DNA of 63,691 nt, filler included, from Stramenopiles sp. TOSAG23-6 (taxonomy: Eukaryota): the NCBI GenBank assembly GCA_900128565.1. It is 12 parts of 12 records of this genome, joined end to end, with 100 filler letters (N's around TTAATTAATTAA, not from the genome) between each part and the next. Parts side by side here need not be neighbours in the genome. Positions count along the whole stretch, not along the records: positions 36,978 to 44,255 come from LT636583.1; positions 44,356 to 51,630 come from LT636584.1; 10 more parts are not named here. One strand, 5' to 3'. The notes under the pieces were generated by a model, which searched no databases, was not told where the DNA came from, and saw only the letters and a list, made by a program, of their open reading frames with translations. Of the stretch, positions 37,101-48,008 are shown one piece after another. Position 1 is the stretch's first letter. Each line of letters opens with the position of its first letter. A program made the position numbers and the translations under genes.

Positions 37101-39578
37101 ATGTCATTTGCAGCTCGGTCATTATTTGATGAAGAAGAAAAGCGTAAGAGAGATCAGTCTATAGTGATGAGTCAAGTATATAAAAAGAGACTTCAGAAAA
37201 AAGCAAGTCATACTTGGAAACATCTTAAAAGTTATCGCATGTATGTTTTATTTTTTGGAGAATCCTTTAGTAGAAGAAACAGTGGAAAAATAAGTAAAAT
37301 TTTAATGAATCAAGATATCACAGACCCTAGTATAAATAGTAATACTTCGTCTAATTCTTCTTTTGAAGACTTGGGCAAACATGCATTGTATGTACAGAAT
37401 AAGCTTAAACGGAAAGGTCTTTTATATAAACGTAATAAGTTACATAAAATTAAATATGATACAAAAAAAATAAAAATTTTGGATGAAATCCGACAACGAC
37501 ATGAAGCTCAAATGTCATGGGAAAAGATGAAGAAAGATCATCAACGTAAAATGAAGGAAACATTTAAATTAGCCATTCTACCTGATGAAAACACTTGGGA
37601 CTTAAAACTTGCAAATGCAAGAATTGTTGTTGCAGGCCATCCAAAGTTTAAAGATAATGTATACAGTAATCCTTTTGAAAAACCTGATATAAAAGAAAAA
37701 TGGAGCGGTGGTGCTGAAGCAGAATTCGTCACAAAATTCCATATTCCAACTATTTTAGATGGTCAATTTCAAGCTGCAAAGGACAGTGGAGGTATGTTAC
37801 GATATGAAGATCCACAACGAGCTTTACAAATGAAAGCACCATTTAAACCAATTCGTTATGATCCGAAAATATTACAGAAACTTGGTAAAGAGATTGATAC
37901 AAGAGATTATTTTGAATGTAGAGTTCCTCAGGTATGTAATAAAGCTGGACTTGTGACTGAAAAATGTTCAGCAGCAAAAAATCAGTCAAATATGCGTGGA
38001 AAACATTTACCTTTGCCTGTGGATTATTTGAGATCTGTCAGAAAAGACAAATGGGTTCCAAAATCAAAAAAAGCTCAAATGCAATTAGAGTTGAAAGATC
38101 GAGTATATAAGCAAAAAGTTGCCATTCAAAAGAAATATGATAATGAAGGCAAAACTCGAGTAGGATTGGGTACATCTTTAGTAAAAGTACCCATTAGTGT
38201 ACGAATGAATCCATTGCGATCTAATCCCGCTACAACTAAGAAAACAACTAAGAAAACACAAAACATACAAAACAAATATAAAAAGGATAAACAAAATAAG
38301 GCATTCGATCTATCCAATAATTTGGAATCTTCGTGGTCATCTTTTATACCTCCACCAATTTCAAGCAACTCGCCAATGAGAAAAACATCTGCAAATAGAA
38401 AAAGAGAATTAGAAGAAAAAGAAAAAAAATTAGAATGGAGTATAGGTATGAAGCAAATCAAAGTAGCAAGTAGAGCAGCGCCCCTTCAGCATATGTCTCG
38501 AGGTAAAATTTCATCAATATTTGGTACAAGTTCTAATGAGAAATATAAAAATGTCTCAAAAACACGGGATGTTGTGTATGATGTGTCTGTGCCTAGAGAT
38601 CCTGGTGAACGATTGAGAGTACATAAAAGAAAGAAACAAGAAAAGAATAAAAGAGAAAAAATGCGTAATAATCATCCTATATTACAGGCACGTTCTATGA
38701 ATAACTTACAAAAAAGTCTTCGACAAAAGAACAAATACTTACACAAACTATCTAATAGGGCTTGTTTTGGTTACAATGGACATGGGAAACTAGGTCAACT
38801 TGGTCGAAATGGCAGACGCATTGATACTATAAAGCAGCCTGAATCTTGGAAAATTAAAAGGAGAAAACAAAAAACATTACAAAAACAACAAAAGCAAAGA
38901 ATATTTAATAGTAGCCAAATACAGAAATCAATACTAAGTAGAAATAATGATACAATATTAGAGGAACAAATGGTACCGAATAATAATTTAGATCAAGTGA
39001 ACAATGTGACTGAAAATGATTGTAGTACTAAAACAGTAGAAAATGTACAAAATAATGAACAAACACCTGAAGACAATACTAATAATAAATACAAGCCTGA
39101 AGATAATACTATAGATGGAAATCAAGAAATTGAACAGTTAAGTGTAGCATCTCATTTCAATGGAAGAGTACGTTTTCATTATGAATTTCAATTTTTTTTT
39201 CGTGCGAAACTTTGTACCTAACAAATTTCGAATTTAATTTTTTTTACAATACATGCTGTTTCAAGTCGAAGAGTTGAAAAAATGAAAATGAGAAGAGAAC
39301 AAAATTCATCTCCTCTTTCTATGATGAATAAAATCTCAAGACCTTCCTCACGTCGATCGAGACCATCGTGTACGTTTTTATCATATATGAATTTTGATTT
39401 TTTTTTTTTTTTTGGTACGAAATTTTGTACCTAACGATTTAAAAAAAACAACAATATTTTTCACAATATATCTCGACATGCTCCGCCATCTGATTCTCAA
39501 TCTGTTGGTTCAAGTTCTAGACCTGCTTCAAGACGATTTGTAAATTCTAGACCTGCTTCAAGACGATTTCAGAATTAA
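37101..39578 (+). CDS. Lys-rich hypothetical protein (5' end may be truncated); GT-AT introns 39168-39254 and 39370-39471
   Basis: 706-aa ORF continued in frame by two small exons with SRP(S/A)SR repeats. Confidence 0.65.
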
Positions 39579-39711
39579 CGTAGATTTATACATTCTAGAC
39601 CTGCTTCAAGACGATTTTAGAATTAAATTGTTTTGAAATATTCAAAATTAATGAATAAATTGTTTTGAAATATTACCGTTGGACTTTGTTTTTTTTGTAT
39701 GGTTAATGTTA

Positions 39712-39751
39712 GTGCTCTACGTATCTTTGGATTCAAAGATACGTAGAGCAC
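39712..39751. repeat. Perfect 18-bp inverted repeat with a 4-nt loop
   Basis: GTGCTCTACGTATCTTTG-GATT-CAAAGATACGTAGAGCAC. Confidence 0.95.
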
Positions 39752-40106
39752 AATCACTATGTCATTGAGCAATCAAATCCTTTTTTATATTACAATCTCA
39801 AATTCTCAATCCAATTCAAAGACTAATACAGATCAGAAAAAGACATCGTAATTTTATAATCTTATAATTTTATAATCTTATAATCTTATAATTTTTTACT
39901 CTACATATTCTATGTACAATTTTTGTATACTATTATTATGTACAAGTTTTGTATACAATTCATTTTTTCACATTTGCACGATTTACACTTTTGTTTTAGT
40001 GATTCCATTGACAGTAAGACCCAGACCAATAATTTTTGGTCAGGCAAATGTGAGGATGGATGTGGCGTTTCAAGAAAATATATTCAGAAGTTCAGACGGG
40101 GATTCT

Positions 40107-42074
40107 TCATTGCCCATTTGTAACAGGTACTGCCTGTGATTTATTATTGAAGTCTTCAGATAGTGGTTGTATTACTGCTCCAACATCGGTTGGCAGATGA
40201 TCGTTTTGTTTTTTTTGCCAATCATGCAATGACATACTTACGATTGGTGGAAGTTGAGCAGACCGAGTTAATATTGCTGCTTCTTTACGAAGACGTTGTT
40301 GACGTTGAACTTGAAATGCTGCCTGTAATTTAGGACGAAAAAGACGTTCGAAGACAGTAGTTCCTTGTGTTTCAAGCACTGCTGGTCTTCTTGCTGCTTC
40401 TTTTTCNGCTGCTGCTTTTGCTTCTCTCGCTTCTGCTGCTACTGCTGCTGCTGCTGCGCTTGCTACTTCTGCTGCGTTTTGTGCTGCTTTTGCTTGTTCT
40501 GCTCTAACTGCATAACCACGGACAAAAGCTTGAAGTTTTGTAGCAGATTGCTGTTGTTGTTGTTCTGCTCTAACTGCATGACCACGGACAATAGCTTGAA
40601 GTTTTGTAGCAGATTGCTGTTGTTGTTGTTGTTCTGCTCTAACTGCATTACCACGGACAATAGCTTGAAGTTTTNTAGCAGATTGTTGTTGTTGTTCTGC
40701 TCTAACTGCATTACCACGGACAAAAGCTTGAAGGTTTGTAGCAGATTGCTGTTGTTGTTGCTCGTGTTGCTCTACTCTAACTGCAGCAACACCGGCAGCT
40801 TGAAGAACATCGGTTGGCAGATGATCGTTTTGTTTTTTAACTGCAAGACGGGCAATAGCTTGAAGTATTGTAGATTTCTGTTGTTGCTGTTGTTGTTGTT
40901 GTCCTGCTCTAACTGCATTACCACGGACAATAGCTTGAAGTTTTGCAGCAGATTGCTGTTGTTGTTGCTCTGCTTTAGCTGCAAGACCGGCAGCTTGAAG
41001 AAAATCAGTTGACAGCCAAGCGTTTTGCAAATTATGCAATGACAGACTTACATATCGTGGAAGACGTTGTTGACGCTTGAGAAGTTCAGCTGCTAATTCA
41101 GTTTTAAATTCTTCTTTAGATAGTGGTCCTGTTACAGCCGTTACAGGTTTTGGTGCTGGTGCAGCACTACCTCCACCATCATCAGTAATAAGCAATGGGG
41201 TATTTCCGTGTGTATTTTCAGAAGCACCACCAAAATCATCACCAACATCACCACCACTACCATCATTATCAGCACCACCACTATCAGCACTATCACCGGT
41301 AGCATCATCATCACCACTACCACCACGACCTCCACTGCCACGACCATTACTACCTCCACCACCAGGAGGAACATCACCACCACCAGGAGAAGCATCACCA
41401 CCACTAGGAGGAGCTTCACCACCACTAGGAGGAACATCACCACCATCCGGTTGTCCTGGTGGTGGATCTGTCACTGAACCATTGTTTTTCTCCTCAAGGA
41501 CTGCGCTTTTGAATTTGATTCCTTTTTTGTTCAAGTTGGATTTAATTTCTTGAGAAAATTCAGATGCAATAATAGCCTCCCCCTGAATTGCTTTAATAGT
41601 TGTATCAAATTCATGACGTTGGGACTGTTGTGATGTCCGTGATGTACATCCATCGTTTAATTCCATGACTCTTACCACTGACATTCGACGCACACGCGTA
41701 TTGAGAATAACATTTTTTGTTTTTTTGACCCACTCTTCACAAGTCATAATTCCGTTGGCAAGTCTACGACCGGTTGTACCATCTTCTTCGTCAACTTTGA
41801 AAATGTAATGCTTGTAATACATTTTATTCTTTGACTTTTTGAGAAATACAGTTGGAATAAGAACTCCAATTGAAATGACTACAACAAGTGCAAGGATAAT
41901 AAGTACCGTCCGTCGATTCTTAAAAACGTTTTTCTTGTTTTTCTTCTTTGTCGTTTTTGGTAAAGAAGTCTTTTTCTTTTTGGTCTTTTTGGGATCTTCC
42001 GGTGTAATGCCTTGTACATCGGTTGGAGTCTCCTTGGTTATTGATTCAATCGATTGAGAAGAAGAAGAAGACAT
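40107..42074 (-). CDS. Single-pass membrane protein with a Gly/Pro linker and repeated IQ motifs
   Basis: TM helix VLIILALVVVISIGVLIPTVFL; five or more SA.KLQA(I/F)VRG.AVR repeats fit IQxxxRGxxxR. Confidence 0.75.
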   Translation of the reverse strand: MSSSSSQSIESITKETPTDVQGITPEDPKKTKKKKTSLPKTTKKKNKKNVFKNRRTVLIILALVVVISIGVLIPTVFLKKSKNKMYYKHYIFKVDEEDGTTGRRLANGIMTCEEWVKKTKNVILNTRVRRMSVVRVMELNDGCTSRTSQQSQRHEFDTTIKAIQGEAIIASEFSQEIKSNLNKKGIKFKSAVLEEKNNGSVTDPPPGQPDGGDVPPSGGEAPPSGGDASPGGGDVPPGGGGSNGRGSGGRGGSGDDDATGDSADSGGADNDGSGGDVGDDFGGASENTHGNTPLLITDDGGGSAAPAPKPVTAVTGPLSKEEFKTELAAELLKRQQRLPRYVSLSLHNLQNAWLSTDFLQAAGLAAKAEQQQQQSAAKLQAIVRGNAVRAGQQQQQQQQKSTILQAIARLAVKKQNDHLPTDVLQAAGVAAVRVEQHEQQQQQSATNLQAFVRGNAVRAEQQQQSAXKLQAIVRGNAVRAEQQQQQQSATKLQAIVRGHAVRAEQQQQQSATKLQAFVRGYAVRAEQAKAAQNAAEVASAAAAAVAAEAREAKAAXEKEAARRPAVLETQGTTVFERLFRPKLQAAFQVQRQQRLRKEAAILTRSAQLPPIVSMSLHDWQKKQNDHLPTDVGAVIQPLSEDFNNKSQAVPVTNGQ

Positions 42075-42397
42075 ACTCTTTAACAAGTGTAGGATCACCG
42101 TACACGGGTGTATATTTTCTTCGTCGATTCTTCATACATTCGACGCGCACTAAATTGTTCCAAAATTTATCATCAGCTGACTACATTTTTTTTTTCTCGT
42201 CACCGAAATAAATTAGAAATTCACGCACACACTTCGACACGAAATCTGGGCCTTTTTAGCATGGGTGCAAAAAGGTAAAGGTTTTTCTAAAATTACCAAC
42301 TCGAGCTCATCATTCTGCACGACTTTGTTGATATTATTGTATCTCCTTCTCGTCTCCTCGAAATTCGTATTCCTTTGCGACATTTAATAGATTCACC

Positions 42398-44201
42398 ATG
42401 ATGGGGAAACCGCAGAACCGTGCTCCCGCTCCCATTCAGATCACGGCGGAGCAAATTCTTCGTGAATCTCGGGAGCGTGCAAACCAGGAAGTAATGACTA
42501 CACGGACGGTGACCAAAATCTCTAGCGTTGAGGAGCTCGATGACTATCGCATGGGGAAGCGGACAGAATTTGAAAATGAAATTCGCCGTCAAAGAACCCA
42601 TATTGGTACATGGATGAAGTATGCTAAATGGGAAGAAGGTCAAGAGCAGTATGAGCGTTCTAGATCTATATATGAGAGAGTGCTAGACATAGATTATCGT
42701 GACCCTACAATTTGGCGAAAATACGCAGAATTCGAAATGCGTCATAAGTGTATAAACCATGCTCGTAATGTATGGGATCGCGCAGTTACATTTTTGCCAC
42801 GTACAGATAAGCTCTGGTACAAATATGCATATATGGAAGAGATGCTTAATAACGTCAGTGGTTGTCGAAATGTGTTTGAGCGTTGGATGCGTTGGGAGCC
42901 AGCGGATCAGGCGTGGCTTTCATTTATTAACTTTGAGAAGCGTCAAAAGGAAACAATTCGTGCCCGTAAACTATTTGAGAGATATTGTATTTGTCACCCA
43001 TATGCGACACCATATATTAGATACGCAAAATGGGAAGAAAGAAGTCATCAATTACAACTGGCGCGCGACGTGTTTCAACGCTCTTTACAGGAATTGCCAA
43101 ACCATGAAGTCGTTGAAGAATTATTTACTGCATTTGCTAATTTCGAGGAACGTTGTAGCGAGTTTGAACGAGCACGTACAATATACAAGTATGCCATCGA
43201 AGTCTTACCAAAAGACCAAACCGGTCAAATATATCGTGCATTTGTCGCATTTGAGAAGCAACATGGAGATGGTCAAAAAGTGGATGATATAGTTACAAAT
43301 AAAAGACGACTGAAATACGAGAAACAAATTCAAGCAAATGCTTCTGACTATGATACATGGTTAGATTATATTCGACTAGAAGAAAGTATTGGAGAAAGTA
43401 TGAAAAAACGACAAAAAAATATGATATCTTCAAACATAGACCAACTAAGCGAATTAGAAAAGAAGAATAATGCACCAGCCATTCGTGAAATATATGAGCG
43501 TGCAGTGGCAAATGTTCCTCCAGCTCAAGAAAAACGTTTTTGGCGTAGGTATATATATTTATGGATAAATTATGCTTTGTATGAAGAATTAGACGCTAAA
43601 GATATTGAACGCACTCGTGCTGTGTATAAAACTTGTTTACAATTAATTCCACACGAAATCTTCACTTTTGCAAAGATTTGGACAATGTTTTCTCATTTCG
43701 AAATTCGTCAGAGAGATTTAAATGCTGCTCGTAAAATATTAGGTCATGCTATCGGTCGATGTCCCAAAGAACGCCTTTTTAAAATATACATACAACTCGA
43801 GCTAAATTTGGGTAATGTGGATCGTTGTAGGGTTTTATATGGAAAATATTTAACGTTTGCGTCTCATAACTCCAAGGCTTGGACTAGGTATGCAGAATTG
43901 GAAAATAGTGTTGGCGAAATTGATCGATCTCGAGCTATATTTGATTTAGGTATTCGACAAGATGTATTAGAAAAGCCTGAACAATTATGGAAGGCATATA
44001 TCGATTTTGAGGTTGCTGAAGGTGAACATGATAACGTACGTCATTTATTTGAAAGATTATTAGAAAAAGCTACTCATTTGAAAATTTTTATTTCTTTTGC
44101 AGAATTTGAAGAATCAGTCAATAATTGTAATGGTTCTCGCGATATTTATAAAAGAGGATATAATGAGTTACGTCATGATCAAGGACTTCCAGAGGCTGCG
44201 T
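42398..44201 (+). CDS. CRNKL1: Crooked-neck/Clf1 spliceosomal HAT-repeat protein (3'-truncated at a family intron)
   Basis: PAPIQITAEQILRE, HAT repeats and EKRFWRRYIYLWINYALYEEL. Confidence 0.96.
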
Positions 44202-44411
44202 GTATGTTTTATTTTTTTTTTTTAACAAAAAAATCGAATTTATTTTTCGTACGAANNNNNNNNNNNNNNNNNNNNNNNNNNNNNNNNNNNNNNNNNNNNT
44301 TAATTAATTAANNNNNNNNNNNNNNNNNNNNNNNNNNNNNNNNNNNNNNNNNNNNATTTTGTACCTAACAAATTTTAGTTTTTTTTTTTGAAATATTTTT
44401 CCAAAATACAC

Positions 44412-44916
44412 GGATGTCTTTTGTATGTTGGCTAGTGCTATATTTTCAAAATTTGTAGTATCTCCTCTAATTGATGGTGATTGTACGTTTTTTTATTTTA
44501 ATTTGAAATTAAGTTTTGTTTTTCGTAAAAATTGTTTTGTACATATAGTAGTGGATAGCTAATATATATATATATATAGTGTTTTTTTATACGTATAACT
44601 ATTAATAATGCTTTTTAAATGTATTGTTGTTTTTGGTGTACCTCCAATACTCAACTCTGATGGGTTCTATGATTTGAATTATTCTAAATAATGATTTAGA
44701 TGATAAATACCTAACAAAAAAAACGAATTTCTATTTTCTTCACATATTTTATGGGGTTGGTCTATCGTCTTTATCATTTGTAGTGGCTGTACATTTATCG
44801 GTGCATTTTCTACTGCATGTGTCCAATACGAATGTTTTCGGATTTCTGATAATAAATCAAAACCTCCTACATATTTTTGGAATGTACTAAAAAATTACAA
44901 AAATAATGATGGATAA
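44412..44916 (+). CDS. 3' end of a membrane protein (MFS-like); intron 44483-44749 (GT-TT)
   Basis: Two hydrophobic helices joined as DGDL-WGWSIVFII; upstream acceptor AATACAC| at 44411. Confidence 0.55.
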
Positions 44917-45293
44917 AAATAGTACAAAAATAATAAATAAAAACGTGAATAAGTAACATTTTATTTTGTGTTTACAAGATTCGAAAAAACAAATGTATAA
45001 AAAAAATGGTAGAGAATGTCAAGCTCATTTCTTCTGAAATCTTGTTTATTTCTTGTTGTATGCATTACATGCTGGGTTAAATGGATCATTCGTAGCTAGA
45101 TCTAGATCGAGCACGAAAATCTGGGTCTTGATGAAACCAGTACCGGGATCACTCAGTCTCGCTCTTGAGATCAATCGAGATGATCTGAAATATTTGCGAA
45201 ATATTTGTCTCATCTCTCGAAATCGGAAAAAATTATTGTCTCAAAACAATACAATAGAGAGGTAGTAGGTATATTAATAATAACTAGACAACA

Positions 45294-45800
45294 ATGGCGG
45301 CTCGTGCAGTTAGCGCAGCTATAATTTTAGATTCTGAAGGTGGTCGTATTTGTTCTAAATATTATTCTCATGAATTGAAAAACAGTGAAGCGAAGCAGAG
45401 AGATTTTGAGAAGAAGCTGTACGCTAAAACCATGAACTCGAACGCCCTCATGGACGCGGATGTGGTAATGTTAGGTGATAACGTGGTCGTTTTTCGTAGT
45501 ACAATAGACTGTTTCATATATATTGTAGGACCAGCTTCGGCAAATGAGCTAGTATTGTGTAGTGTTTTGGATGGCCTTTATGACGCAGTATCTATTTTAC
45601 TCAAAGGTCAAGTAGAAAAACGTGTTATATTTGACCATCTATCGTGGATAATTCTTGCCATGGACGAACTTGTTGACGCTGGTATTATTCTAGAGGTTGA
45701 TCCTCAGTGCATCGCTAATCGTGTGCAAATGAAATCATGTGATAACGAAATTTATCACCATGGTATGGAGAGAAATAACAGTTGGGCAGGAGGAAATTAG
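45294..45800 (+). CDS. COPZ1: Coatomer subunit zeta
   Basis: ILDSEG.RI.SKYY, FEKKLY.KT, NELVL.SVL and LAMDELVD.GIILE. Confidence 0.93.
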   Translation: MAARAVSAAIILDSEGGRICSKYYSHELKNSEAKQRDFEKKLYAKTMNSNALMDADVVMLGDNVVVFRSTIDCFIYIVGPASANELVLCSVLDGLYDAVSILLKGQVEKRVIFDHLSWIILAMDELVDAGIILEVDPQCIANRVQMKSCDNEIYHHGMERNNSWAGGN

Positions 45801-45931
45801 AAATTGAAAAGTACACCAAAATACCAAGTGAAAGACTGGACGGTGCAGTTTCTTCCATAAAAAATACAATAATAACATGAATTCATTCAAAGCATTTTCT
45901 TAATACTCTCATATTTATATATATATATATA

Positions 45932-47648
45932 TCAACGCTTAGTGGTACCGCGATTTGATAATTCCACAAATGCGTTGTTTTTGGTTTTCTCCAATTTTTC
46001 TGCATTTCTAGCAGTATTAAAAGAAAATAATCCAATTTTTGCACTTTCATCACGCTCCAAAGTAGCATATGTCCCTGATGTTTTTTTCTGCTCATCATGT
46101 GTATTCGAATCATTACCAACCACTGATATTCTTGCGTTGTATGGAATATTATCCAATTCTTGTTGTGTGCATGGAAAATCAAGCTCTACATGAGTACCCT
46201 CATTGGATTCAAGAGATAAATAAGTAAACTGCCAAGGAGTTGAACTATTGAGATTTTTGTTTTCTTCATGACGAACAGCATGTACAGTTACTTTGGCTCG
46301 TTTTCCACCTAAACAATCTTTAGCTTCTTTAGGGTTAGGGTTAGGGCCCAGACATTCAAATCTAAAATTAGCAAACGTGTTTTCAATTTTTCCGCCTAAA
46401 AATCGACCACCACTAATTTCTCCTCCTAAAGCATTTTGCGCAGTCTTATTGCGTTGAATAGTTCTAAGTGCCAAATCCCTTATGTCGATGGACTTACGTA
46501 CATGTATTGTCAAAAATATTTCATATATTGAAAATTCGTTAGATATATTACAAAATGTTCCATGAAAAAAAAAATTAAATTCATTATGAAAATATATACA
46601 TCTCAAAAAAAATTCTTAGGTACAAATTTTCGTACGGAAAAAAAAAGGTAAAAAAAATATGATAAAAACGTACTCTATATCGTCGATGACCAAAAATACC
46701 AAGACTAAAAAGACCCAAAGTAATTGAAATTATCAATAAATTATCACTTTGGGGTAAATATTCATAAACTGTACTAAAATAATTCTTTTTCTTTGACGAA
46801 AATTCGTCAAGTCCGGAATTTTGTATACAAATCGACTGCAAAGAGATTTTCAAACCTTTACTAGTTTCAGGTACCAGTTGAACTATTCTAGGGTTAGGGT
46901 TACTAGACTGAAATGTATCTGAGGTTTGCGATAATTGAGTATTTTCCCCAATAGTTTTATCGCTTTTTTTGCTTGAATTTTTTAATGCAATTGGTGTCAC
47001 GTTTAATTTCTGTATCAGACAATGAGTAGGGTGTACAACTAACGTAGCCTTTTTTTTGTACGTACCAAATTCCGTACCTGATGTCAACAATTCACGTTTT
47101 TCAGACATATTGTTTTGAGTTTTTTGAGTTTTTTGAGTTTTTTGAGTTTCTAGACAATTTTCATGGACACTACTATCAATATTTGATTTATCTGTAGCAT
47201 TTATTTCCGAGTCTTTACTACCTTCATTTTTACTTTCATCTAAAAGAAGCGAAAGTAACTCTACTTTAGCTGTACCACGATTTCCTGTTATGAAAAACGT
47301 TGCATCAAGAAACGCATCCTCCAATCCAACTTTACAAATATTTTGTGTCCCTGAAACGCGACTCGATATACACATATCTGAACCAACTAATTCTTTGACT
47401 TCATCAGAAGACGATAACACATGAAATGCGGGGGAAAAGGCTTGATTCTTTTGTAAAGACTTGTCCAACAAGTACTTCGATGTCTGATATGTCAAAAAGC
47501 TCATGGTCGTGACACCTCCGATTAGGCCAAGCAGTCCGTAGTTGACACGTCGTGGTACGCTTGACTCTGTTGTCGAGACGTTTGTAATCTGGCGTATGTA
47601 GTATGGTATATGTATCATAGAACTACGACTTCTATACAATACATGCAT
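45932..47648 (-). CDS. Probable mitochondrial inner-membrane protein with two TM + Tim21/Coa1-like modules; intron 46502-46673
   Basis: Each TM is followed by helix-(L/V)G...F.I.G..G.AKV-like sequence. Domain identity is by eye only. Confidence 0.55.
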
Positions 47649-48008
47649 CTTGGAATACTAGGGCTCCGGATTTAGTAATTTACACTGTACTTTTCTAAAA
47701 GTTCGTTCATCTCTTCTGGAGTCTGAGTGAGTGAGTCACTTGTCACAACACCAAAAACAACACGTGTCATCAAGAGTAATTTTTAGCGCCTAAAAATCAA
47801 AATTTTCGCGGTTGTTTTTCTTTTTTTCATTTTTTTTTGAAAGACGAAAAAAAACTTTAAACATCTAAAACATCATTAGTACAGCTGTTGTATCATCATT
47901 ATCTTTGGATTAAAAAAAGAATTACTTTGTTTCTCCAGGGTTTACTTTCAACTGGTTTATAATCACTGTGTTTGACACATTTTAGCAGCACTTTTGCTGT
48001 AAAACTCA

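Noticed and set aside
40365-41553. Antisense and alternative-frame ORFs rich in Cys/Leu/Thr/Val (and similar shadow ORFs elsewhere)
   Set aside because: By-products of repetitive coding sequence on the opposite strand or in another frame.
42398-44201. Splicing factors CLF1 and WBP11-like as a clustered splicing system
   Set aside because: They lie on unrelated contigs and CLF1 looks conventional; co-occurrence in the window is accidental.
44483-44749. Idea that long introns revert to AG
   Set aside because: This 267-nt intron ends in TT, and the 195- and 210-nt introns end in AT; a 107-nt member ends in AG.
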